From NCBI GenBank assembly GCA_009778715.1, contig WRFR01000002.1, positions 45,598 through 109,597 on the forward strand: a DNA stretch of 64,000 nucleotides, given 5' to 3'. Positions within the stretch are counted from its first letter, which is position 1; every line of letters starts with the position of its first letter. Both the position numbers and the translations under genes were made by a program. Positions 11,552-19,787 of this stretch are shown here, piece by piece. This DNA is from Coriobacteriia bacterium. GTDB lineage: Bacteria; Actinomycetota; Coriobacteriia; WRKU01; WQUG01. A model generated the notes under the pieces. The model saw only the letters and a list, made by a program, of their open reading frames with translations. It was not told the origin of the DNA and did no database searches.

Positions 11552-13367
11552 TAGCAAGTTCCTCCTCACTCAGCTGAGACTTTGCAATCTCTTGATAAAC
11601 TTTGTTGCTCGAAAGCAGTTCTTTGTGAGTGCCAAGACCAACCATCTTGCCTTCATCAAGCACGATGATCTGATCAGCGTCCATGATCGTTGAGATGCGT
11701 TGCGCAACGATGACCGCAAGCGAATTTTTCAACAACGGCTTAAGCGCTGCCCTCAGGTTCGCGTCAGTCTGTAGATCGAGTGCGGAAAAGCTATCGTCAA
11801 ACAAGTAGATCTGCGGTTTCTTGATCAGTGCGCGAGCGATCGCGAGACGCTGTTTCTGACCGCCAGAGAAGTTTGTGCCGCCTTGGGCCACGTAGGCTTC
11901 GATACCCTCTTCTTGCTCCTCAATGAAGTCCTCTGCCTGCGCCGTACTCAATGCATCCATGACATCCTCATCGGTCGCATCCGGTTTACCAAAGCGAATG
12001 TTCTCCGCGATCGTGCCGCTGAAGAGCACGGCTTTTTGTGGAATGTAACCAATACGGTCATGCAAGTCATATTGTGTATGGTCCTTAACATCAACATCAT
12101 TAACCAATACCGAACCTTCAGTCACATCATACAGGCGATCAGCCAGATTCAGGATCGTTGATTTACCAGAACCGGTCGAGCCGATAATGGCCGTCGTAGT
12201 CCCTGCTCGCGCCCTGAACGTGATGTTGTCGATTGCGTTCTCTTCGCCGCCACCAAAATTGAAGCTCACATCCTTAAACTCAAGCGAGACTGGCGCAGAT
12301 GCCAGTTCCGCTTCAAACTTCTCGATCATGGCCGCATCGGGGTCATTAATAGAGGAATCCGTGGTAAGGACTTCCATAATACGTTCGCCGGATACTGCCG
12401 CACGAGGATACATGATAAGTATCATGGCAAGCATCACGAGCGACATCAGGACTTGCATAGCATACTGGATGAACGCCATCATGTTACCCACTTGAAGCGT
12501 ACCTGCCCCGATCATATGGCTTCCGAACCATATCGCTGCAATTTGTGCAATCATGACGACAAGCTGGATAACCGGAAGCAGAATAACGATCCGACCCATG
12601 ACCGTCATAAAGGTATCGGTTAGGTCGTCATTAGCAACTTTGAAACGGCCCTGCTGGAAACCCTGGCGGTTGAACGCGCGAATGACACGCACGCCGGTGA
12701 GGCCTTCACGCGCCACCATGTTAAGGCGGTCGGTCTTTTCCTGGACTTTTCTGAAGAGTGGCATTACGAAGACCATCGCAAGTCCTATAGCGATAATAAG
12801 TATCGGAATGATTGCCAAGATGATCAAGGATAATTGCTTGCCCTTCTGGATCGCCATAATCAGGGCAATGACCACCATGAATGGCGACATCATACCCAAA
12901 CGGAAGAGCATAAAGGTCATCTGCTGCACCTGCTGCACATCATTGGTCGAACGGATGATGAGCGAGGCGGTGCTAAATTTATCGAACTCTTTGAGCGAGA
13001 ATTTCTCGACTTTCGCGAATATTTTCTCGCGTAAGTCGCGCGCCAAGGCAGCCGACGCCTTTGAACAGAACAGACCCGCAAAGACAGCACCGATGATGAT
13101 CAGTACCGCAACACCGAGCATCTTGGCGCCCTCAGACAGAAGGTAATTCATCTGGGTCGCGTTACTTGCAGCTGCAATCTTTGCCAGCGTAGCAAGACTG
13201 GTTGAACTGCCAGGAATACCTCTCCGTTGAATTCCGATATCGATAATGTCAGACATCAAATTTGGGAGTGTAAGCTGTGCGCCCACCTGGACTCCCGTAA
13301 AAACCACAATGGCTATGATCATAAGCCAGTAGGGTTTGAGGAAATACTTCTTCAATAGTTTACCCAT
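11544..13367 (-). CDS. ABC exporter half-transporter (TMD-NBD, BmrC/LmrC-like partner)
   Basis: The 607-aa ORF has Walker A GSTGSGKST, signature FSGGQKQR and Walker B IYLFDDSFS. It is translationally coupled to the downstream half-transporter. Confidence 0.88.
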   Translation of the reverse strand: MGKLLKKYFLKPYWLMIIAIVVFTGVQVGAQLTLPNLMSDIIDIGIQRRGIPGSSTSLATLAKIAAASNATQMNYLLSEGAKMLGVAVLIIIGAVFAGLFCSKASAALARDLREKIFAKVEKFSLKEFDKFSTASLIIRSTNDVQQVQQMTFMLFRLGMMSPFMVVIALIMAIQKGKQLSLIILAIIPILIIAIGLAMVFVMPLFRKVQEKTDRLNMVAREGLTGVRVIRAFNRQGFQQGRFKVANDDLTDTFMTVMGRIVILLPVIQLVVMIAQIAAIWFGSHMIGAGTLQVGNMMAFIQYAMQVLMSLVMLAMILIMYPRAAVSGERIMEVLTTDSSINDPDAAMIEKFEAELASAPVSLEFKDVSFNFGGGEENAIDNITFRARAGTTTAIIGSTGSGKSTILNLADRLYDVTEGSVLVNDVDVKDHTQYDLHDRIGYIPQKAVLFSGTIAENIRFGKPDATDEDVMDALSTAQAEDFIEEQEEGIEAYVAQGGTNFSGGQKQRLAIARALIKKPQIYLFDDSFSALDLQTDANLRAALKPLLKNSLAVIVAQRISTIMDADQIIVLDEGKMVGLGTHKELLSSNKVYQEIAKSQLSEEELANA

Positions 13368-13376
13368 GCGATTAAA

Positions 13377-13865
13377 CTACCTTCCTTCCCTGTGATCGGT
13401 TTCGATCAACTTCGTGACTATATCGAGGGCCTCAGAGAGCGTTGTGCGCTCCTCCGGGCTCAGAGTTTTCAGTGTGCGATTCGCCTGCTCCATCGCTTGT
13501 GCCAACATCTTGCGCTGAAAGATTCGCCCCTCATCGGTCAGGGCAATGACCATGCGGCGCCGATCCTCGGGATCGATCATTCGGGTCACATAGCCCTTTT
13601 GCTCAAGAACATCGATCAACTTAGAGAGCGCTGAGGGGTTCATGCGCAAAGACTCGGCAAGTTTTGCTTGGGGCAAGGGGCCGGACATCAGATGCTTGAG
13701 AGCGTGGACCTGCTGGAAATCTCCGGTCCCATTGAGTCGCTCACGGCGCATCATGCGCCCGAGCGATGGCATGGTCTCAAACATCTTTGCAGCAAGTTCA
13801 CGCGAAGAAATATCCGCACTACTGACTTGGCTAGCCTGCTTGGATCGCAGACTTGTCTCTGCCAT
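13377..13865 (-). CDS. MarR-family transcriptional regulator
   Basis: It has a winged-helix pattern ..LKHLMSGPLPQAKLAESLRMNPSALSKLIDVLEQKGYVTRMIDPEDRRR... A GGGAGA SD lies 8 nt before the ATG at 13865 (the track start 13919 is less likely). It sits 9 nt upstream of the ABC genes. Confidence 0.8.
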   Translation of the reverse strand: MAETSLRSKQASQVSSADISSRELAAKMFETMPSLGRMMRRERLNGTGDFQQVHALKHLMSGPLPQAKLAESLRMNPSALSKLIDVLEQKGYVTRMIDPEDRRRMVIALTDEGRIFQRKMLAQAMEQANRTLKTLSPEERTTLSEALDIVTKLIETDHREGR

Positions 13866-13913
13866 GAATCTCATCTCCCTTTTTGCAATAGAATACTTGC
13901 TCCAGTAATTTAT

Positions 13914-13940
13914 TTCCAACTAATACTATACCCATTGGAA
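13914..13940 (-). promoter_or_regulatory. Candidate MarR operator/promoter (TTCCAA-N15-TTGGAA inverted repeat around a TATAGT -10)
   Basis: The inverted repeat is TTCCAA (13914-13919) / TTGGAA (13935-13940). Two ATTAGTT direct repeats are present on the minus strand. A minus-strand TATAGT at 13925-13930 lies between the half-sites. Confidence 0.35.
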
Positions 13941-13999
13941 ACTAATTGCAACAGAAACTTTCTTATTTTAGAATGAATTCCACGAACATAACAGAGCGC

Positions 14000-14200
14000 T
14001 TAATTGCGTGTGGATTTGCCACTATTGAAGAGCAGGAGCCCTACCCCCAGAATGCCTCCTGACACCAGCACTAAGATTAAAAACATTGGAATCGCCCACC
14101 AACGCTGGGGCTGAATGATTCCGATATAAAGCAACACTACTACGAGCATCAGATAAATCAGAGCCGCTATCGCGGAGCGCCTTTTTCGCTTATCTTTCAT
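14000..14200 (-). CDS. Small two-TM membrane protein, unknown function
   Basis: The 66-aa ORF has a basic N-terminus (MKDKRKRR) followed by two hydrophobic helices. No homology was recognised. Confidence 0.4.
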   Translation of the reverse strand: MKDKRKRRSAIAALIYLMLVVVLLYIGIIQPQRWWAIPMFLILVLVSGGILGVGLLLFNSGKSTRN

Positions 14201-14248
14201 AATGCCACCAAAAATAGGGGCCCAAAGGGCCCCTATACCTGTAAAGTG

Positions 14249-15676
14249 TTATTCCCCAACAGGTTCCTCGTCGATCGGCGCATCAACGGGAGCTTCTGCG
14301 GCAGGCTCCTCTTCAGCCTCTTCCGGCTCCTCAGCTAAAGCTTCCTCTGCAAGAGTCTCCTCAGCAGGAGTTTCTTCCTCAACCGGAGTTTCCTCCACTT
14401 CAGCGGTGGACTCATCAGCAGCCGGAGTTTCTTCAGCAGCCGGCTCTTCTTCAACAGCTTCAACAGCTGGCTCTTCTTCCGTAGCTTCAGCAACAGGCTC
14501 TTCTGCTGCTGGAGCGGCCTCCTCAGCAGGCGCCTCTTCAACACCAGGCTTCGGGCGGATCTCGATATCATAGCCCAGCTCATCAGCAGCTGCGCGCATC
14601 GACAGTGAGATGCGGCGGCGTTGCTCGTCGATCTCCATTACTTTGACGTCGATGGCGTCGCCAACCGCGACTACCTGGTCCGGCGTCTCAACATGTCCAC
14701 GCGCCATCTCACTGATGTGCACCAGGCCCTCAACGCCCTGGCCCAGATCAACGAAAATTCCAAAGCTCACCAGTTTGGTGACCTTGCCTTCAACAATCGC
14801 ACCAACCGGGAAGGCTGCGATAAGCTCTTTCCACGGATCGGCCTGTGTCTGCTTCAACCCGAGGCTGATGCGCTCACGCTTCACGTTGACCTCAAGGATC
14901 TTGACCTCAACCGCGTCGCCGACCTTGACGACCTCGGAGGGATGAGTCACATGGCTCCAGGACAGCTCGCTGATGTGTACCAGGCCATCAATACCGCCCA
15001 GGTCAACAAACGCACCAAAGTCAACGATCGAGGACACGGTACCGGGCAGGATCATGCCCTCCTGCAGCTTGCTGAGGATATCACTGCGGTCCTGTTTGCG
15101 ACCCTCTTCGAGGATCACGCGGCGTGACAGCACGACATTGTTGCGATTACGATCCATCTCGATGATGCGCGCGTCGATCTTCTCGCCCAGATAAGACTGA
15201 AGATCCTTGACGCGGCGCAAGTCGACCAGGGAGGCCGGCAAAAATCCGCGCAGGCCGATGTCGACGATCAGGCCGCCTTTGACGATCTCGATGACCTCGC
15301 CCTCGACAGTCTCGCCACTGTTGAAGAGATCCTCGATGCGCTTCCAGGCATATTCATATTCGGCACGTTTCTTAGAAAGTACCAGGCGCCCCTCCTTGTC
15401 CTCTTTCATGAGGACGAGCGCCTCGATCTTATCACCGAGCGAAACAAGCTCGGCCGGATCGGCGTCTTTGCGAATGGAAAGCTCCCGGGCGGGAATAACA
15501 CCTTCTGATTTGTAGCCGATGTCGAGCAGAACTTCATCATGCTCAATTTTGACGACCTCGCCAGTCAACAGGTCGCCTTCTTCAAAACTGGTCAGGGTGG
15601 TATCGATGAATTGCTCCATCTCTTCCGGGGAGAGCTCGGTCTCCTCAAAAGTGATACCAAATTCTTGGTCGGTCAT
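14249..15676 (-). CDS. rpsA: 30S ribosomal protein S1 with an acidic Pro/Ala/Glu-rich C-terminal tail
   Basis: Four S1 domains are present (..GEVVKIEHDEVLLDIGYKSEGVIP.., ..GEVIEIVKGGLIVDIGLRGFLPAS.. and others). The C-terminal 100 aa or so is an EEPAAE-type low-complexity tail. Confidence 0.95.
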   Translation of the reverse strand: MTDQEFGITFEETELSPEEMEQFIDTTLTSFEEGDLLTGEVVKIEHDEVLLDIGYKSEGVIPARELSIRKDADPAELVSLGDKIEALVLMKEDKEGRLVLSKKRAEYEYAWKRIEDLFNSGETVEGEVIEIVKGGLIVDIGLRGFLPASLVDLRRVKDLQSYLGEKIDARIIEMDRNRNNVVLSRRVILEEGRKQDRSDILSKLQEGMILPGTVSSIVDFGAFVDLGGIDGLVHISELSWSHVTHPSEVVKVGDAVEVKILEVNVKRERISLGLKQTQADPWKELIAAFPVGAIVEGKVTKLVSFGIFVDLGQGVEGLVHISEMARGHVETPDQVVAVGDAIDVKVMEIDEQRRRISLSMRAAADELGYDIEIRPKPGVEEAPAEEAAPAAEEPVAEATEEEPAVEAVEEEPAAEETPAADESTAEVEETPVEEETPAEETLAEEALAEEPEEAEEEPAAEAPVDAPIDEEPVGE

Positions 15677-15909
15677 ACGGACCCCTTCTTGTTTGGGGCC
15701 CCTTTCGTCGTCATCCTACCAGTTGTGAGTGCAGCGCCGCGGACGACACGACGGTACGGTTGTTTGCAGACAGGCATCTTACGTCGGGGCCATTACTTAC
15801 ACACAACTATCATAAGCTTCTTATGACAGCAGCGTAGTAAAGTATAGCAGAGATGGTCGCCCGACGGTCAACAAAGCCGCCAACGCCGTCAGACAGCGTT
15901 TAGCGACAT

Positions 15910-16140
15910 CTAGACGGGAACGATCTTGGTGACGCCCGGTACCTGGTCTTTCAGCACGCTCTCGACTTGCATGGCCAGGGTGTACTGCGACATCGGGCAA
16001 CCAGCGCAGGCGCCCTGAAGTTCAACCTGGACCTCGCCGTCATCGGTCACCTCTTTCAGAGCAATGTCTCCCCCGTCCATCTGCAGGCGGGGACGGATCT
16101 GCTCGATGACCGCTTCTACTTTTTCTTTATCGACTGACAT
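15910..16140 (-). CDS. NifU C-terminal-domain (Nfu-type) Fe-S cluster protein
   Basis: The product MSVDKEKVEAVIEQIRPRLQMDGGDIALKEV..LQGACAGCPMSQYTL.. has a CxxC motif. An AAGGAGAG SD lies before the ATG at 16140. Confidence 0.85.
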   Translation of the reverse strand: MSVDKEKVEAVIEQIRPRLQMDGGDIALKEVTDDGEVQVELQGACAGCPMSQYTLAMQVESVLKDQVPGVTKIVPV

Positions 16141-16197
16141 GATGGACTCTCCTTGTCTCATGCAGGTAGTGCTTGTTCTTTCTTTGATAGTACCATT

Positions 16198-17385
16198 CTA
16201 GCAAACGAACTGGCGCAAGGACTCTTCCAGCCGGTCAAGCATCCAGTCCAGGTCCTCAGTGCTCGTCGTCAGCGGCGGGGCCAGGCGGACCGTCAGGCCA
16301 TGAGTATCCTTGGCCAGTACGCCGCGCTCCATAAGCGTTTCACAGAGCTGGCGGCCCGAGCCACAGCGGGGGTCAAGATCGATACCCGCCCACAGGCCTA
16401 CGCTGCGCTGAGCAATCAACAAGCCCTCATCAACAAAGCCCTGCAGACGCTCGCTAAAGCCCACGCCAAGCTCCGTAGCTGCCTTCTGCCAGACACCGCT
16501 CTCCAGGATCTCGCACACCTTAAGCCCAATGGCGCAGGCGAGCGGATTGCCCCCGAAGGTCGAGCCGTGCGTGCCGGCCGTGAACAAGTCGAGGACGTCA
16601 GCGCGTCCCGTCACGGCAGATACCGGCATGATACCGCCACCGAGCGCCTTGCCCAGGCACATGAGATCGGGCTCAGTTCCGGTCAACTCGCGCGCAAAGG
16701 TCTTGCCGGTGCGCCCCAGGCCAGACTGGATCTCGTCAAGAGTCAGCAATACGTTGTGCTCGTTGCAGAGCTTTTGTACGCCCGGCAGGTAGTCGTCAGG
16801 CGGGATGATGACACCGGCTTCGCCCTGGATGGGCTCGATTAGCACGCCGACGACCTCAGGCGTCAGCGCGGCCTCAAACGCCGCCAGGTCCCCATACGGG
16901 ACGATCCGAAACCCTGGCGCGAACGGGCCGTAGCCGTCGTGGGCGACTGGATCAGTCGAAAACGAGATGATCGCCAGGGTGCGGCCGTGGAAATTGCCAT
17001 CTGCTACGATGATGATGCCTTCCTCTGGCTCAACCCCGCGAACAAGATGACCCCAGCGCCGCATCGCCTTCAGGGCGGTCTCGACTGCCTCGGCGCCACT
17101 GTTCATCGGGAGCATCATCTCCGTCCCCGCGAGTTCGCAGAGCGCGTCGGAGAATGGATCGAGCAAGTTATTATCGAAGGCGCGCGAGGTCAGTGTCAGC
17201 GTATCAAGCTGCTGCTTCGCGGTGGCGATGAGCTCAGGGTTCAGATGGCCGAAGTTCAGCGCAGAATAGCCTGCTAACGCATCGAAATACGTCTTCCCCT
17301 TAACGTCGGTGACCCAGGAGCCCTTACCCTGTGCCAGTACAACGGGCAAAGGGGCATAGTTCGGGGCGAGATGCGATGAAGCCAT
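16198..17385 (-). CDS. rocD: Ornithine--oxo-acid aminotransferase (class III PLP aminotransferase)
   Basis: The 395-aa ORF has ..NYAPLPVVLAQGKGSWVTDVKGKTYFDALAGYSALNFGH.. and ..LDEIQSGLGRTGK.., typical of RocD/OAT. Confidence 0.85.
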   Translation of the reverse strand: MASSHLAPNYAPLPVVLAQGKGSWVTDVKGKTYFDALAGYSALNFGHLNPELIATAKQQLDTLTLTSRAFDNNLLDPFSDALCELAGTEMMLPMNSGAEAVETALKAMRRWGHLVRGVEPEEGIIIVADGNFHGRTLAIISFSTDPVAHDGYGPFAPGFRIVPYGDLAAFEAALTPEVVGVLIEPIQGEAGVIIPPDDYLPGVQKLCNEHNVLLTLDEIQSGLGRTGKTFARELTGTEPDLMCLGKALGGGIMPVSAVTGRADVLDLFTAGTHGSTFGGNPLACAIGLKVCEILESGVWQKAATELGVGFSERLQGFVDEGLLIAQRSVGLWAGIDLDPRCGSGRQLCETLMERGVLAKDTHGLTVRLAPPLTTSTEDLDWMLDRLEESLRQFVC

Positions 17386-17438
17386 CAGTGTCCTCCTTCA
17401 AGGATCTTTAGAGTTGAAATAAGCTACTCTATCACATA

Positions 17439-17469
17439 AAGAGAGCTGACCGCTATGGCCAGCTCTCTT
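17439..17469 (-). terminator. Hairpin terminator downstream of arcA
   Basis: It has a 10-bp stem, AAGAGAGCUG...CAGCUCUCUU, 19 nt after the arcA stop. The trailing U-tract is weak. Confidence 0.45.
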
Positions 17470-17487
17470 ATCACTTATGACCAAAGT

Positions 17488-18720
17488 CTAAGATCTATTC
17501 AAAGGCATGAGCATGCAGCGGGGGCCTCCCCTACCACGGGTGATCTCAGAGCCCGGCATCTCCAGGACGCGGATACCGTGGCGGCGCAGCTCCTCGTTGC
17601 TCTCAACATTACGGTCAAGACTGATCACAACGCCCGGCGAGAGCGCCAGCAAATTAGCCGCATCGCTCCACTGCTCACGTGCCGCAGCGGCAAGATCGCC
17701 ACCGCCGGTCGGGATGAAATCAACGCTCTCCTCGCGCAGCTCACGCTTCAGTGTGCCATGCAGATCGCTGGTCGCAGTAAAACGCAGGCCACGCGGCGCT
17801 TTCTCATCCTTTTCGACCAGATAGAGATTCATCTCTCCCGCATGATCAAGAATGGCAGGATGGATCGCAAATTGGTTGACGTCGATCATCACAAATACCG
17901 TGTCCAGATGCATGAATGCGCGTGACTCAGGTATCTCGAACGCGATGATGCGACGGAAGCCCTCTTGTTTGTAGAAGAGGCTCTTCGCCAAGCTCTCGAT
18001 GGCCGAAGCCGTAGTGCGCTGGGATACACCGATCGCAAGCACCTCGTCAGACAGGATCGCCACGTCACCGCCTTCGTTGTAGTAAGACTCGTTGCGATCG
18101 CGCCAGATAGGGATATTTTCCGCTACAAAGCGCGGATGATGCTCGATCACATACTTGAAGAAGAGCGGCTCACGCTGGCGCACTTCACTGAACATGCGGT
18201 TGATCGTGACGCCGTTGCCGATAGCTGTCGCCGGATCACGAGTGAAATAGAGATTCGGCAGCGGATCGAGATAGTAAGGGTAGCGGCGGTCCATCATATC
18301 TTGCAGACCCTTGGCCTCATGCGACTCGAGGTCCTTCTTGCGGATGCCAGTCATGACCGTCTCGACCAAGGCGTGATCATCCAGACTCAGCAGATACTCA
18401 CGGACCAGGTTCTCGTAACCACCGACGGTCGTACCACTCTCATCGAGCACATCGCTCACAAAGCTTTCGCGCACCTCGGGGCTGGTTCCCAAGGCCTCGG
18501 CTACCAGATCATCGAGATACAGGATCTCGACACCGTTGTCCTGCAGGAGCTTCACATAGAAGTCATGCTCCTCCTGCGCGCGCGGGAGGAACGGAATGTC
18601 ATCGAAAAGAAGTTGCTCAAGATAGTCAGGAGTTAGGCTGTCGATCTCAGCGCCGGGGCGCTTGACCAAGGCCAGCCTGAGCGGATCGATCTCGGAGAAT
18701 AAATGTATCTGAGGCGACAT
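17488..18720 (-). CDS. arcA: Arginine deiminase
   Basis: The 410-aa ORF begins ..LFSEIDPLRLALVKRPGAEIDSLTP..LLFDDIPFL.. and has a C-terminal ..GGPRCMLMPL.. with the catalytic Cys. Confidence 0.93.
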   Translation of the reverse strand: MSPQIHLFSEIDPLRLALVKRPGAEIDSLTPDYLEQLLFDDIPFLPRAQEEHDFYVKLLQDNGVEILYLDDLVAEALGTSPEVRESFVSDVLDESGTTVGGYENLVREYLLSLDDHALVETVMTGIRKKDLESHEAKGLQDMMDRRYPYYLDPLPNLYFTRDPATAIGNGVTINRMFSEVRQREPLFFKYVIEHHPRFVAENIPIWRDRNESYYNEGGDVAILSDEVLAIGVSQRTTASAIESLAKSLFYKQEGFRRIIAFEIPESRAFMHLDTVFVMIDVNQFAIHPAILDHAGEMNLYLVEKDEKAPRGLRFTATSDLHGTLKRELREESVDFIPTGGGDLAAAAREQWSDAANLLALSPGVVISLDRNVESNEELRRHGIRVLEMPGSEITRGRGGPRCMLMPLNRS

Positions 18721-18753
18721 GGTGATTTCTCCCTATCTGTATATTATGTCCAT

Positions 18754-18791
18754 TGTTTATGTTCATAGCCAACACACAAATGAATAAACAT
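18754..18791 (-). promoter_or_regulatory. Candidate ARG-box pair (ArgR/AhrC-type operator) upstream of arcA
   Basis: TGTTTATGTTCAT (18754-18766) and ATGAATAAACAT (18780-18791) lie in inverted orientation. They resemble the Gram-positive ARG box CATGAATAAAAAT. Confidence 0.35.
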
Positions 18792-18833
18792 GCCTCTATT
18801 GTCCCCCTGTTTTGGTTACAGGTCAACAGGAGC

Positions 18834-19787
18834 CTACACTCCGGTGCCGTCGAAGGGAGGAATAAAACTTTCAGTGACCGTGTCACCCTCCTGCATGAAA
18901 CTGTGCTCCACGCCCAGGTCAAGCGCGGCGTCGACCAGCGCGCTGTAGTCGGCTTCTGTGACCGGCTGATTGAGCTCTGGATAGGCGGCCGCGACCTGCG
19001 GCATGGGAGTGTACTGATTCATGAGGCTGTAGCAAACGTCGTTGCCGTAGCGCGCGTAGGTGCTGCGCAGAATGGTGAGCGCGTCGTCAAGTCCGCCGGG
19101 AACCGGGAGCAGCAGCTGGCGGATGATGATACCCGAGGCCAGGAGTGGCGTATCGGGATGGTCGGCAGCATCAGGCCCGTCGAACTCCAGACCGGGTGTT
19201 CGCACTATATACGGCCCAACCTGCTCAAACGCCGCAGCCAGCGCCTTCGCGACCACCTGAGGGTAGTCCTCCGCGCGGCTGTAACGCTTTGCCAGAGCCG
19301 ACGAGCCGTAGCGCAGGTCGAAGAGATAACCATCCACCAACCCGTCAAGCAGGTGAAGCGTATAGGGCAGCTCATAGCCACTCGTGTTATAGATCACCGG
19401 AATGTGGAGCGCGCCGGGGCGCAGTTGGCGCAGCGCCGCCGCAACCTCGGGAACATACTGGGTGGCAGTCACGAGGTTAATGTTGTGCGCCCCCTGCTCC
19501 TGCAACTCCAGAAAAATCTCCGCGAGCCGCTCGACCGTGATCGCCGTTCCGGCTCCTTTGCTTGAGATCTCATAGTTTTGGCAGTAGACACAGCGCAGCG
19601 GACAGTGGCTGAAAAAGACTGTCCCCGAGCCCCGCCAACCAGAAACCGGCGGTTCCTCCCAGAAATGCAGCGCCGCGCGCGCCACCCGAAGCTGATCGTC
19701 TGCCCCGCAGCTACCCCGCTGCCCGCTCGCGCGATTTGCTCCGCACCTGTGCGGGCACAGCTCACAGTATGAGGAGTAGAGGTTCAC
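18834..19787 (-). CDS. Radical SAM protein, PflX-like (COG1313-type, pyruvate formate-lyase-activase-related)
   Basis: It has ..CELCPHRCGANR.. plus the radical-SAM CxxxCxxC box (FFSHCPLRCVYCQN). The likely start is a GTG at 19785-19787 overlapping the asnB TGA (GTGA). The longer track ORF, to 19943, would overlap asnB by 160 nt. Confidence 0.75.
   Translation of the reverse strand: MNLYSSYCELCPHRCGANRASGQRGSCGADDQLRVARAALHFWEEPPVSGWRGSGTVFFSHCPLRCVYCQNYEISSKGAGTAITVERLAEIFLELQEQGAHNINLVTATQYVPEVAAALRQLRPGALHIPVIYNTSGYELPYTLHLLDGLVDGYLFDLRYGSSALAKRYSRAEDYPQVVAKALAAAFEQVGPYIVRTPGLEFDGPDAADHPDTPLLASGIIIRQLLLPVPGGLDDALTILRSTYARYGNDVCYSLMNQYTPMPQVAAAYPELNQPVTEADYSALVDAALDLGVEHSFMQEGDTVTESFIPPFDGTGV

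Noticed and set aside
14202-14573. Ser/Ala-rich 123-aa plus-strand ORF resembling a low-complexity surface protein
   Set aside because: It is the antisense reading of the GAA/GCN-rich acidic tail of rpsA. It has no signal peptide or SD.
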